DNA of 64,000 nt from Octopus sinensis (GCF_006345805.1 NC_042998.1:17422001-17486000), one strand, 5' to 3'. Counted from the stretch's first letter, positions 1-14,222 are shown. The notes: generated from the letters alone by a model not told the origin. Program-made: numbers and translations.

Positions 1-388
1 CTGTCCGTTCGGAAGGACTTTAGCGCGATATTTCATCCCCATGAGGATATCTGCTCTAGCTGGTTTACGATGCACAGCAACGTTCGAGATATTCTTTTCT
101 ACTCTAAGCACAAGACCCAGAATTTTGGGGGTGAGGCTAGTCGATTAGATCAAGCTCAGTACGCAACGGGAACTTAATTTATCGATCCTGAAAGGATGAA
201 AGGCAAAGTCAACCTCGGCGTAGCGGCAGACAAAATACCGTTAAACATTTTCCCCTGGCGTGCTAACGTTTCTGCCAGCGCGAGCAGGGGAGAAAGTACA
301 ACTACCTTCTAGCGACGAGACCAGCAGGCCAGCCTGCATTCTAGCGTTTTCTGCTTCTCTTTAGTACTGGACACCTCGTCTGATAGAA
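1..388 (+). mobile_element. Partial copy of the interior of the adjacent MITE, split by a SINE insertion at ~93-279
   Basis: 1-92 resembles 521-610 (ctgtccgttcg...cgagatatt). 280-388 resembles 611-708 (ttctgcttctct..agtactgg.cacctcgtctg). The two halves join once the SINE is removed. Confidence 0.6.
93..279 (-). mobile_element. tRNA-derived SINE, family B (diverged)
   Basis: Reverse complement matches 31906-32116 (gctggcagaaac.ttagcacgc...gcctttcatcctttc.ggatcgataaattaagt). Confidence 0.75.
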
Positions 389-415
389 GTATATATGTAT
401 AAAATCAGTGACATA

Positions 416-838
416 CCGTCGCTGATTTTGCAACAAGCAAAAATGCTAGTTTTAAAATATCTCTAAGAGATCAACTCAGTAGTTGTACTAACAAGTAATG
501 ATTCCAGCCACTTCAACATGGCTGTCCGTTCGAACGCACTTTATTGCGATATTTTAAACCCAAGAGGACATTTCTAGCTGCATAACGAAGCTCAGTTTCA
601 TCCGAGATATTGCGAACAGGGAAGCGAAGCCCTACCACCTTATAGAGACGAAACTAGCAGACGAGCTATTTCTGCTTCTCTTCAGTACTGGGCACCTCGT
701 CTGCTTGAGATAGCAGTAGCTCGCTTCTTGTAACGGTTCGCTCTCCTGCTCGCAATATCTCGGAAGCAGCTGTGCACCATTAACTTGCTAGAGAGATTCT
801 AAAACTAGCATTTTTGCTTGTTGCAAAATCAGCGATTG
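416..838. mobile_element. MITE with ~50-bp terminal inverted repeats and TA flanks (Tc1/mariner-type)
   Basis: 419-464 tcgctgattttgcaacaagcaaaaatgctagtttt is the reverse complement of ~791-835. TA sits at 414-415 and 839-840. No coding capacity. Confidence 0.75.
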
Positions 839-840
839 TA

Positions 841-998
<158 letters not shown>

Positions 999-1002
999 TA
1001 TA

Positions 1003-1422
1003 TTCTCTTTTACACTTTTACTCTGTTACTTGTTTCAGTCATTTGACAGTTCCCATGCTGGAGCACCGCCTTTAGTTGAGCAAATCAACCCCAGGACTTA
1101 TTCTTTGTAAGCTTAGTACTTATTCTATCGGGCTCTTTTGCCGAACCGCTAAGTTACGGGGACTTAAACACACCAGCATCGGTTGTCAAGCGATGTTGAG
1201 GGGACAAACACAGACACACAAACATACACACACACACACACACACACATATAATATATATATATATTATATATATATATATATATATACGACGGGCTTCT
1301 TTCAGTTTCCATCTACCAAATCCACTCACAAAGCTTTGGACGGCCCAGGCGCCACGCAGTGGGACTGAATCCGGAACCATATGGTCCGTAAGAAAGCTAC
1401 TTACCACACACCCACTTCTACG
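1003..1422 (-). mobile_element. tRNA-derived SINE, family A
   Basis: Reverse complement of the family typified by 42577-42970, with an internal (CA)/(TA) tract and the tail gcggtgctccagcatgg...gactgaaacaagtaa. Confidence 0.9.
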
Positions 1423-1473
<51 letters not shown>

Positions 1474-2889
1474 ATATATATATATATATATAAACATGCA
1501 TGCTTATGTACATTATTAAATGTCTGTTTTTCAATGTGAAGTAAATCTACAAAGAAGTAACTCTTTTCTATAAAACAAGTATGATCCGTTACTGGAATAT
1601 GTGTGCTAACAATATGTGTTACAAGCATTGCATTTCTAAAAGTCTTGATTTCACAGTTCGGCTTAGAGAGTTTCAAAACTTTTTTCACAGTTCCACAGGT
1701 AGATCTACACAACTTCACTGAGGTTGCATCGATTTCCAGAGAAAATGGGATTAAAAGCACAGAATGAAATAAGCAACATCTTTTATACAAGCACCGACAT
1801 AGAACCAAAATACAACCAACGATTAGACAGAACAAACTGATAGGAGGCAAAACAACTAGGGATTATAATCAATGGGTCTACCACGATACCAATAATTTTA
1901 AATGACTAAATAACGGACGGAATACAATTAACAATTAGACCTTCCAATACAATCACAACATTTGGGACACTTAACAAACAATTACTGTTGTTCCCATGTC
2001 TTATAAACCTAAGAAATAGTGGTGCTGCAATGCTTTCTTTTGCCGCAATGAGATATAGAATATATGCGAATATACATTATATTGTAAGATAATTTTCTGA
2101 ATCACCATATAAAATAATTTAATTGTATATAAGATACCACTTGCTATTTGTTTCAATAATATATAAAATATTGAATTTTAAACAATATTCATCATAAAAA
2201 AGGATACATTTCTTTGTATGATGAATGGTTGATATTTCCGATAACATAAGGTTAGTGATAAATTGCATAAAAATGTAACAAAACATTAATTCAAGACATG
2301 TAATTTTTCTTGTGCGGAAAGGTGGATGTTTCAGTTATACATGGATGGCTAGTTATACATAGAAAATAATATATTATTCCATAAATTTCTCGGATGCCAA
2401 CTTCGTTTCTCTTTTATTTTTATTTTTACTTACTGAAGAAGTAAGTAGAGCGAACACATGAAGTAAATCATATTTATACTGCAAGGGATTATACAAAACT
2501 GTTGAGATTTTAAATTTTCCTACGATGCATTCGATAACGTATTGAAATCGATAAATTTTCCATTATAAGAACAATTTATAAGAGTTGTATTCTATGTGTA
2601 AGAATATGTGGTAACTATACACTAAATGCTGTGTAACTCCAAAGTTTGAATGTAAAAGACTTATTGTGAATACACAGAAGCCGTTTTGTATTGAAGAACT
2701 ATCAACAAATTAGTAATGACTCAAATGGTTTTTATATCCTAATATAAACAGCTTTACTTGTTCTTTATAGTTATCAGTCCAACTTTACTTCAATATTCTT
2801 TTACTTCAAGACTTCTTTACTAATTTCTTGCTTGTTTTTTTATCCTATATTCATCGATGTTTGTTTCACCTTCTCCTCATTTTCGCTTT

Positions 2890-2920
<31 letters not shown>

Positions 2921-2974
2921 CAATAATAATAATGATTATTTAAATTGATAATAATAACAATAATAATAATAATG

Positions 2975-4450
2975 AACTGGAGCCATGCTGGGGCGCCACC
3001 CTTAGATTTGCTACATATTCTATACTTGGAACCTTCTCTGATAGGACGCATTTATTGAAAGAGAAAGATTGATGTTGCTGCGTTTTTTGTTTTGTTTTGT
3101 ATTGTTTTTTGTTTTTTGTTGTTGTTGATTTTTTTTTTGTTGCTGCGAGGTTGGTTCATCCGGAAATTTGACAGTAGGATATCCAGTTTTATTTTGAATA
3201 CACCTTCATGCATTATATGTAGCTCTTGAAAAGATACCGAAGAGCTCTGCGCCCTTTTAAACCAAACTATTGCAGTACCTGATCCTGTATTGTAATAGCA
3301 AATATTGGATGTTCGGCACTTTTCAGTAGTTCTTGTCTTGCACTTTGCGTAACTTCCAATGCCTAAGTTTGATACAACTCCTTCTAGGATTTTCCAGATG
3401 TATATTACTGCATATTCTCCCCGCCTTCGACCTAAGGAGGAGAGTTCTAAATTTTTCATTTTCTCCATGTTGTCATGTCACATTGTGACAATCTTCTTAG
3501 TGTAGCTTTGCCCGAGGGATTCTAGCTTCATAGTTAATTTTACACTGTGTAAAGACCATAGTTGCGAGAAGTAGTCAAAACGGTTGAGGACACATGTTCT
3601 CCAAACGACCATCATGGTTCTTTGTTCTTTCGCTCTGAAAGTTCTAAGGATCAATCTAGCCAGCCGACTGTTTTTATTGTCAAATTTCTATCGAGAAAGT
3701 TGAATCATCTCGGCTGTCAATGCCAAGGTCGTGCACTGTTTATGATTCAGGGATTGCAATCAATCCTGGGCCAGTGTATCCTGTCTGTATATCATTCAAT
3801 TTCTTGTGCTGGTAGCACAGAGCTTGGAATTTTCAACATTTAACGGCAAAGTCATTGTCTTCAACCCACCCGTATATTGTGTCAATTTTGCAGGTGCTCA
3901 ACATCGCCAGGGTTCTGAATCGTCTGAGAGACTTTTGTATTATCTACATAGTTAAGGATCATTATCTGAGCACCCGAGAGCATGTCTGAGAGGGCCACAT
4001 TAATGGTAGCAGCCCCAACAAACTGCCCTGCGGGACCTGTCTTTGTGTTTTCTTGGAGGTATCTCCATTTGCTATTTCTAACTGGAAGTCATTTAGCCAC
4101 TCTCCAAGTTTCCTACCATACCGCTATTATGCACTGTGTAACATACCATGTTTGATTTAGCTAAAGATTTTGCAAAGAAATATAACATGTGCACATTTGA
4201 AGTAGCTTCTCTACTAGTTCTTCAGAAGTTACGATGGCATCTTGTTCCACCAGGGTTTAAAGAACGTCCTCGTCGAGGTCTTCAGATTTTCCAAGACAAG
4301 GCTCGTCTTCTAGGCTATAGGTTCCAGCACGGAATTTGTGGAACCATCGTTGACACAGGCTTACACTTATATGCATGGGCAGTGTCTTCTCGAAACATCT
4401 GTGAGTTTATTTACTACACATAACCTGAAAGAATTCCATTGAATTCTTCA
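2975..4450 (-). mobile_element. Degenerate CR1-like LINE, 3' part (RT remnant plus C-terminus)
   Basis: ORF 3052-3468 contains SLGRRRGEYAVIYIWKILEG, matching SLQRRRERY in the LINE at ~28350. 4150-4210 reads NVHMLYFFAKSLAKSNM, resembling the RT motif VIYLDFAKAFDKVDH. The 3' end ggtggcgccccagcatggc is followed by an (ATT)n tail. Confidence 0.75.
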
Positions 4451-5062
4451 CTCGGTATCACATGTAATGTTGCATAAAAATTCTGTCATAAAAGGAATGT
4501 TCTTCTTTCTCAATCTTCTCTTTTAATTTTCTGTCTTCTAGGCGAAGTGATTTTTCCCCACAGCCTGACTACGGAGACATATTACGTTACTTGAGATAAT
4601 GTGGAAGACGGTGACAGGAAGAGCATCCCGCCGTAGGAAATCCGCCCGAACAAATTCTGTTTGTCTCATGCAAACATGGAAAATTGACGTTAAAATTATG
4701 ATGATACCTACATATATATCATGACCGTAATATTAGAATTTAGCAGATCGCAATATATGAAGAAGATATATCGACGTATGGCTTATTATCGAAGCAGCAG
4801 ACACATATGTCGCTTAAGAGGGATACCAACTCATCAAAATTGCCAATTATAGATTTAATAGATATGTCTGCAGATAAATCACATTTGTTCCAATCATGCT
4901 GAAATCTCTGGGAAATCCGAAACCGCCATAATTTATAAAAACTTATCTGTTTCAAATATTTTGCTATATGGGAAAAAATGTCAATGATTCCCATAACGAC
5001 GGTGTAAATATAAACCACCCATTGTCAGAAAGGAAATTAATGCTACTGAACAATCAACCTGA

Positions 5063-5064
<2 letters not shown>

Positions 5065-5122
<58 letters not shown>

Positions 5123-5478
5123 TATATGTGTGTGTGTGTGTATGTGTGTGTGTGTGTATATGTGTGTGTGTATGTGCATGTATGTACATGTCCGTGTGTC
5201 TCTGTGTTTCTGTATCTGTTTGCAAATGTATATTTGTATCTACATTATGGAAAAAATAATATTGCACATATCACTTGTAAATCACTTGCATAATACCTGC
5301 GCAGTTATATATCACAATACATGTTTGTGTGTGTGTGTGTGTGTGCGTGTATGTGTTTGCACACATGTTAAAATATACGTATCATATATGATATAAATAT
5401 ATATATATACATATATATATACATATATATATATATAATATATATATATACAGATAGATATATATATATACACATACA

Positions 5479-5545
<67 letters not shown>
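5065..5545. repeat. (TA)n/(TG)n/(TACA)n microsatellite cluster
   Basis: Directly visible. Accounts for the YI/CV ORFs in this region. Confidence 0.9.
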
Positions 5546-5940
5546 ATGTGTATGTGCATTACAAAGTATGGTGGTGCGTATGAAAATCCCATACGTATTA
5601 GTAACTTGTTTGGGAAAGAGTATAATATACACATATGTAATAATATGCCTAGCTTTGTGTGTCTTCATTGTGTATCAACTTATATTCAGATACATATATA
5701 TATATTGCTCCTGTTTTGTCTAATGAGATTTAGTGTCCACGAAACAATCCAATAATATTTTAGTCTAAATTATGGAAATAATTTCTAACAGACTTTCATA
5801 TATAAATGCAAATGTATATATACTTCTATAAAAGAATATACTTTTATGTCTGTCTGAGTTCATCCGGACACAAGTTTTTCCAGTTATCTGTGCGTCAGTA
5901 AATGTGTATTAACATATATTTGTCTATATCTATCTATTTA

Positions 5941-6032
<92 letters not shown>

Positions 6033-6034
6033 CA

Positions 6035-6392
6035 CTGGTAGTTATGTGGTTCCGGTTTCAGTCCCACTGCATGACACATTGTGCGTATGTCTTTTACTAT
6101 AGACTCGGGCCAACCAAACGTTGTGAGTGGATTCAGTTGGCGGAAACTGAAAGCAGCCAGTCGTATATATATCTATGTGTGTTTGATTGTCTGACTTTGT
6201 CCTCCACCATCGTTTTACAACTGATGTTGGGGTTCTTACAATCCCGTCACTGAGTGATTCGCCAAAATAGTTCGATAGAAAAATTAATAGGCTTACAAAG
6301 AATAAGTTCTGGGATCGATTTGTACGACGAAAGGCCGTTTTCCTCCAGCATGTTGGCAGTCAAATTACTGAAACACATAAAAGAGTAAAATA
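6035..6392 (+). mobile_element. SINE family A, old 5'-eroded copy
   Basis: gtggttccggtttcagtcccactgc...ggaaactgaaag...ccagcatgttggcagtcaaattactgaaac matches family A. Confidence 0.8.
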
Positions 6393-6437
6393 TTAAAAGA
6401 GAATACGTGTATATATATATATAGAGAGAGATATTTA

Positions 6438-7080
6438 TAGGGTGCGAAGAATGAATTGATGTCTAAGTTACGCAAAACTGAAAATAACACTGACATCTCA
6501 TATATTTTTACAAATTTACATAAAAATGTCTTGAAATGCTAAAGAGTAAATTTATTCAATAAAATAGCCATTGGCTCCAACGACGGCCCCCACACGACTT
6601 TGGAATCTCTTGCAACTCTTCCGAGTGCTCTCCTTCTTTAGGTTTGTGAATGCCGCCATAATCTTTGCTTTCAGCTCAACTTTGATATTACTAGGAGTTT
6701 TGTTGGTCTCCTTCTCAACTACGCCCCACACATAATAATCAAGAGTGTTACATTCTGTGGAGGTATGTGACCAGTTGTTAGGAGTGATGTGGTCGAAAAA
6801 ATCGTCTGACAGCCAAGAGGTGTCAGTTGGGTTCTCCTATTTGTCTTGCATAGTGCAGAGTCCTGTTGCCGGACATAGGGTCTTCCAGCAGCATTCTTGC
6901 TCCAGGGCAGCACTACCTCCTCCAGGTAGACTTCCGTGTTGAGTCTGAGATCGTGTGGGAAGATGAATGGAGGAATAACGTCGCCATCCCTAGTGATCAC
7001 TCCAAACACTATGTTGACTGGATGTTTGATTTTTAACACTCTCGATATATGATTTGAGGACTCGGATTGAGTCGGCCCTT
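6438..7080 (-). mobile_element. Truncated Tc1/mariner transposon, DD37D (maT-type) transposase pseudogene with one end
   Basis: KHPVNIVFGVIT.DG...PWSK...RPYVRQQDSA, then after an 8-nt insertion SWLSDDFFDHITPNNW...LDYYVWG. The spacing between the second and third Asp is 37 once the insertion is removed. Terminus ta|tagggtgcg at ~6438. Confidence 0.85.
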
Positions 7081-7092
7081 CCCACCGATGAC

Positions 7093-7740
7093 TACTAGTA
7101 CTAGTACTACTACTACTACTTTAAGACATGCAGAAGTGAGCAACTCAGATATCAGAAGCATCTGATATCTACGTGTTATATCGCAATACTACACAGTGGC
7201 TGTGTGAGCTACGAAATCTTCGTCGCCACTGTTATGTCGCACGTTCAGATGCCTTCTACTCAACCCTCAACTCCTCTCCTGATGTCTAGACTTCTCCCTT
7301 CATATCTACGCATTGGGCTAGCCTACTTCATCATCTGGGGGCGTCCACACAACACTACGAAATACATACTCACCTTCATGTGAAGGTGATCCTTATGGAC
7401 GCTGTTGTCACGACTTGAAAGTTACTACTGTGAGAGTATTGTTATTTTTATCACACGCGACCCCTAGAATTTTGTAACTATGGTAGCTGGTGTCACTTCC
7501 ATATTCCACCTGTTTATCAGTGCCGTTTCAGGCTATGGGCAGGAAACCCTTCTTGGGTTGCTGTTAATCTCATGGAAATGAAGAGCAGCTGATCTATTCT
7601 TATGTCTCCAGAGTTGCGCTTAAGAGCAGTGATAACCATGATTAGATGCATTTGATACAACATATATACCAGTTTTGCAGCAACATGGGAAAGAGATGAG
7701 GTCTCTGCTGTAAATGACAGGATGCACAATCTTGTTGTAG
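7093..7740 (-). mobile_element. Degenerate RTE-like LINE 3' fragment
   Basis: Minus-strand SFTAETSSLS..KL resembles LYGAETWTL..KL, with a GRP motif near 7350 and an (AGT)n tail at 7093-7121. Weak, by-eye similarity. Confidence 0.4.
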
Positions 7741-9459
7741 GCTCATTCTCTAAACCACAACTCGCGGATCATTTTCTTGTGTTTGGAAATACTGTGTTAA
7801 AATGTGTGTTGTGACATACCCGAAAACCGGCTACCGAAAATCACGTCGGCTCTAATCACGTTCGGAATGAGAGCGCAGGTGAGTTATTGATGTCACCGAT
7901 GCCATCTTTTACGTCGATACCTTATTCTTCCGTTCTGTATAATTTGGGATTTGTTTGTGTGCACATATATGAAGTACTGACTAAAGTTTGAACCCGCTTC
8001 GTAACACATTGGATACACTCTATTTTCAAATGAAAGATATTTTGTTCCATGTATCTGTCAGGGATATTCGTCAACTCCTCTTTAATAGGTACAATTTTTT
8101 TGCTAATAGGTACATATCTTTACTAATGCAGAATGATATATTTTTTTATGTATTTAAGTTACACCTCTTGTTAGGGAGTTGGCCATATAATGTTCATTGC
8201 ATTTCAATGTATTTGTTTTGTTATAATATTTTACATTAACTTTCATTATGTTTAAAATTGCACTTGTGAATGAGAGGGATTTATCTGTCTATGAAATTCT
8301 TTGACGTTTTATGTGATGAGAATGATAATTTTACAGTTATGCTGTTGTAGATTTTTAAGTATCCAAAAGAATGCCAATATTGAACATTTACATATAATGA
8401 TCTTACACACCGTCACCGCTACCTAACTCTTAAATCATCTACCTATGGTATATTCTCTTGCTGTAACAGTTGAATAGTTTCACTTCAGGCAACACATTCT
8501 GTTATATATAAGAAGATAACTAACTCGATTTTGGTGTGACTGTAGCACTTCTAAATACAATTCAAATCATAACGACACTATCTAAGACATAAAAGTCTCC
8601 AAGAACTTCAATTCAGCAATTCCCCAATAAGAATCGGATTCCACTATCAGGCACCGCCAGGAAAATAGCTTTGAAAACATCATCGAAAACATTAAAGAAT
8701 TAGTGAATAGATAACTCCATAAATAATCCTCCTTGTGTCACCTTGACATTATAAAATAGCAGCTATATATGTTTTGAATTACTCATACCAATATACATAA
8801 TATTTCTGGGCTTTCCGTACTTTGAAAAAAGAACAAATCAGGTTGGTCAGCATTAGATTACATTTGATCGTGGTACTCTCTTCATGACCATTTACGGAAT
8901 GTGTTTTGGAGCGGAGGTCAATCACAAAAAATCCAAGGATGCAAAATCGACATCGCAAATTAGTTGAAATTAATTAAACTTTTAAGAAAAAGTCAGCCAT
9001 ATATAGAAACAGTATTCCAAAATATACCATTTTAACAGTGACATGGAAATAACACCAAAATATATTCAACAGACTAATTACAATAACCTCAAAACTAAGA
9101 TGAGAAAGACAAATACAATCGAAATTAAAGAACCGAAATAAACAGATTAATATCTGTTGTAGACAACCTTAGACGCATTTCAATGTTCTTTTACATTTTT
9201 TTCTTTATCATTTAAAGACGAGGTTATGTTTCTCAGTCATAAAGCAGTGCTTTCTCGAAAGTTACAAGAATTCAAAGAAATTAAAGAAAAATATATGTGC
9301 ATATATTTATAACATACACATATTAATGTACTTATGACATACCTTCAGAACATCAGCCGTTTTAAAACAGCTACAAAAACATTGGTTCCGCTAAGAAGAG
9401 GAACGATGGACGATTTAACATAATGAGTTCCATCACCTTAAGACGCAAAAGGACAAACG

Positions 9460-9687
9460 TATATATATATGTGTGTGTGTATGTATGTATGCATGAATAT
9501 ATGTATGTATGTATGTACGTATGTATGTATGTATGTATATATGTATATAGAGAGAGAGAGATAAATACACAGATAGATAGATAGATAGATTATGTATATG
9601 TATATATATGTACGTATACGTATGTATGTATGTATATATATATGCATTATATATATATTTTTATATATATGTATATATATATATATG

Positions 9688-9743
<56 letters not shown>

Positions 9744-9770
9744 GTAACTTGGACATATATATATATATGC
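9460..9770. repeat. (TATG)n/(GATA)n/(TA)n microsatellite cluster
   Basis: Directly visible. Confidence 0.9.
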
Positions 9771-11986
9771 GTATCATACGTACATTCATGCATAAATGCG
9801 AAATGCGTATACATGTATATATAAATGGTTATATATGTATATAGGATATGTTGTGTACTTGGGTATATCTCTGTGTATACGTATATTCATTTCACAAAAC
9901 ATAACAACGATTACTGATATATTTATTAACGCTATGAATATGTACATATACTAGTAAATCAAATAACCGTAGGCTTGTAAAACAAAGTAAGCGTAGCTAT
10001 TTCACTAGAAATTTGTAACCGAAAATTATACGTATACTACGTAATGTGTCACACACACAATCACATACACACGCATATAAATATACTCACACATATATAT
10101 GTGCACTATTCAAAGTTCATTCTTAATGATATATATGTATGTGTAAGTATGTATGTATGTGTCTATGTATGTAAGGACATACGCACATAGAAAGAAGCAG
10201 AGAAACGCGTGAGAGTGACTGAAAGAGAAAGATATTTAGCTTCTTTGCATCATTTTCTTTGTGTAACAAGAGAGTTATATTGATGTAGTTTGTGATTGAG
10301 TGACTTCCAAGTCAAGCATGGTTGACATCGTATGATTGATGTTTTATAGCTTTTGTGTATATTTTGTGTGGATGTGTGCTTGTCTGTGAGTGTGTGTGTT
10401 TGTGTGTGTGTGTGTGTGTGTGCTTTTTCTTCTTCTTTTTGTGGAGTGTTTGCATTTATATTTTTTTTCTTTTTCTGATATCTGGTATATTTTGTTGCAC
10501 ATCTTACATCGGTGATAAGGTCATATTTCTCAACACACATTGCAATGGCTTACTTTACTGTGAAGTAATAAAGCAGTCAGTAACGGTTTTTTGAGTTTCT
10601 TTGTGGCTAGCCATAGATTTTTCTGAAGAAACGAAAGCAAATAAATAAACAAAACAAAATTAAGTTCTCCTCTATACATTCTGAAAGAAAGAAAAAAAAA
10701 GAAAACGACAAACCATTCTTTGTGAATGAATTGGAATCATAAATAAACAGGCACAAGTTCGTATTTCGTCTTTACTTGTCGGTTTTAACCTAGATATTTA
10801 TATGAGATAGATTCCTATACCTCTTCTCTTGTGTAGTAATTATTGTAAATACTTCGGTTAAAGAGACAGTAGGAAAGAAGGTACTAGCTTCGCAAACTAC
10901 AAATTACTCATCATCATTATCGCCATCATCATCATCGTTATTAACGTGTCGTTATCGTTACAGCAGTTATAGTCATCATTGACGTTGTCGTTATTTTCGT
11001 TATTATTTATAGCGATGGTCTCATTATGTACATGATATATGTTATCATTAGCGTCCAGCTGGTTGTCATCATTCTAAAGCTCTTATACTTAAAGCTAATA
11101 TCTTAATTGCATTATTTGTATCTTCTCTTTGATGTAACGCCACTTATCATAATCACTAAATAACTTTAAAATAATGTCTGATAGATCTTTGTCTCTATTC
11201 AAATTACTATATTCCGTCTATTACAAAAGTATGACCTCCAGCAGTCTCTATGAAACGTAGTGAAGAGGACCGAATTATTTATTTGTGTACTCTCTTCCTT
11301 ACATCACAACAAACAAAAGGAACATGGTATAAAAAAAATAATAAAGGAAAATTCCCCAAGTAGAGACCTCCTATGTCTACCCATGGAAACCCGAGAAAAG
11401 CATAGTCAAACAAATGCTGATGGTCTCGAACCAATAAGGGCATGGTCAAACTGTACAGTTTTGCTAGCACCATATTCGGCGCACTCAAACAACCTTCAAA
11501 GAATTCGGTGGAAGGAAGCTATTTTTTCTCAAGCCTGATGCTCTTTTTTCAAAGAAAATAGGTGGTAGCTGGAACAATAAAAAGATGGGTATCTTTCTTC
11601 ATGTCTTCGTTAGGGTTGTTACTACTCATTTGTCTATTTAATGCATTATCGTTAATGCTACTAATCCTGTTCTTGCGCTTACTGCTGCTGTCTATGTTGT
11701 TACTGATACTTTCCTTAAGTGGTCACCAATATGGCTATGGTGCTGTGACGTGAGAGGATTTGAATGTGCGTGACGGTTTTAGTTTTAAATTCTCCCGCCC
11801 AATTTCCTCTCTTTCTGGTTTGCCGACATGGACGAAAGGGTGAAACTATCTTGAAACATTCGCTTTGATTTGAAAATCATTTTCTTATCTTTTTTTATCA
11901 CAATTATGCAACTGGTGAGGCGAAAGCAAAATAGAGCGAAAGAAAAATAGATATACATGGACATCCATGTGTATGTGAGTATTTAC

Positions 11987-12068
<82 letters not shown>

Positions 12069-12127
12069 ATATCTATCTATATATCTATCTATATATCTAT
12101 CTATATATCTATCTATCTATCTATCTA

Positions 12128-12182
<55 letters not shown>

Positions 12183-12205
12183 TATATAATATATACATAT
12201 ATATA
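11987..12205. repeat. (CTAT)n followed by (TA)n
   Basis: Directly visible. Confidence 0.95.
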
Positions 12206-12252
12206 TGCACGACATACAACAGAGTCGTGCACACACACATACACATATAGAT

Positions 12253-12660
12253 ATTCTTTTATTCTTTTACTCGTTTCAATTAATTGACTGCGGCCATGGT
12301 AGAGCACCACCTTTACTAGAGCAAATCGACCCCAGAACTTAATCTTTGTAAGCCTACTACTTATTCTAGCGGTTTCTTTTGACGAACCGCTAATTTACGG
12401 GAATGTAAACACACCACCATCGGTTGTCTAGCGTGGAGGGGACAAACACAGGCTGACGAACATATAATCACGCACACGCGCACACACACACAAACATATA
12501 TACAAAGGCTTCTTTCAGTTTCCATCTATCAAATTCAGTCCCAAAGGATTTCGCCAGCCCGAGGCTATAGTAGGATACACTTGGCCAAGTTGCCACGCAG
12601 TGGGACTGAACCTGGAACCATGTGGTTGGTAAGCAAACTACTTACCACACAGTCACTTCT
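12253..12660 (-). mobile_element. SINE family A
   Basis: Reverse complement of family A, head to tail. Confidence 0.9.
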
Positions 12661-13372
12661 ATAATTAACTCTACAGATTTTCTATAGTAATTAGAGACAA
12701 CACTGAAGATAACGATGTAAACAAAGCGAACTAAAATATAGAAATAGGTTATGTGAGTATATGCATATTTAGCAGTTATCGCTCCTTCTTCTGCACCACA
12801 TGCAACCCACTGACCATCCACGAAAATATTGCTTAAATGCCCACTAAATTAAGCCGAGTAACACAAATGGATATACAAATTTTACGTATTAAACACGTTT
12901 CCCAGAACTGGCACGTACTTATTAATTGCACCGTAAATATTAATTGCACTGTATTTCGTTATGTAACCATAATACACTATGAAGTATATTAAAGGATTAA
13001 AAGGTAATACAGTGTTAACAGTATCATTGAATCAGTTTTTGAAGAAATCTCTACAGAATTTGTATAAAGTTTGTGAAAATATTAAAAGTATTTTGATAAG
13101 AAATCGCAGACAAACATTTCTAGTTTTATCATACATGAAAACTTATTGTCTGCTAAAGTATACTAATGAGACATTTTCTGATTACAGGGATCGGAGGCCA
13201 ATTACCACAGAATACCAGCAGTCAGACGCACACATATGCTTACATACTCAGACAGATAAAGAGACATCCACTTAGAATTTTCCGTCTTAGAAAACATAAA
13301 GTAACTAAATTTATTTCCTCTATTGTTCTAGCATGTTATTTATATTCTAAACAAGTAAATAAATATACATAC

Positions 13373-13424
<52 letters not shown>

Positions 13425-13485
13425 TATAAGAGTAAGAGTATATTTATTACATATATGCATATACGTATGCGCATACATATATTCG

Positions 13486-13568
<83 letters not shown>

Positions 13569-13569
13569 A

Positions 13570-13607
<38 letters not shown>

Positions 13608-13652
13608 GAATATATGTATGCGCATACGTATATGCATATATGTAATAAATAT

Positions 13653-13884
13653 ACTCTTACTCTTTTACTCTTTTACTTGTTTCAGTCATTTGACTGCGGT
13701 CATGCTGGAGCACCGCCTTTAGTCGAGCAACTCGACCCCGGGACTTATTCTTTTTGTAAGCCCAGTACTTATTCTATCGGTCTCTTTTTGCCGAACCGCT
13801 AAGTAACGGGGACGTAAACACACCAGCATCGGTTGTCAAGCAATGCTAGGAGAACAAACACAGACACACATACACACACACACA

Positions 13885-13934
<50 letters not shown>

Positions 13935-14086
13935 TACGACAGGCTTCTTTCAGTTTCCATCTACCAAATCCACTCACAAGGCATTGGTCGGCCCGGGGCT
14001 ATAGCAGAAGACACTTGCCCAAGATGCCACGCAGTGGCACTGAACCCGGAACCATGTGCTTGGTAAACAAGCTACTTACCACACAG
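13653..14086 (-). mobile_element. SINE family A (young, with expanded internal TA tract)
   Basis: Near-identical to the reverse complement of 42577-42970. Confidence 0.92.
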
Positions 14087-14222
14087 ACAACAAATATATA
14101 CAAATATGTATATGTATAAGAATACATGTGTATCACTACTACAACAGTGAATATGCGTTTTATTATATATATATATCAGAGAGTGGTGTATGACGCGTTG
14201 GAATATTATTCTTGCAAAATTT

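Noticed and set aside
2428-2465. CTGAAGA...gaacacatg hammerhead-like string, also containing a gtaagt donor-like site
   Set aside because: No stem II and the core is incomplete. No plausible upstream exon for the donor.
4745-4900. Plus-strand open stretch containing KLPIIDL (dioxygenase-like N-terminal motif)
   Set aside because: A short motif followed by stops, with no further conserved residues or splice donor.
7805-8335. Possible solo LTR starting tgttgtgaca
   Set aside because: No identifiable CA end with TSD, no second LTR and no internal domains.
11279-11530. Minus-strand ORF with IGGLYLGNFPLLFFLYH, faintly like a glutamate-receptor M4 helix
   Set aside because: The similarity is too weak, the upstream motifs are missing, and there is no pyrimidine-rich acceptor.
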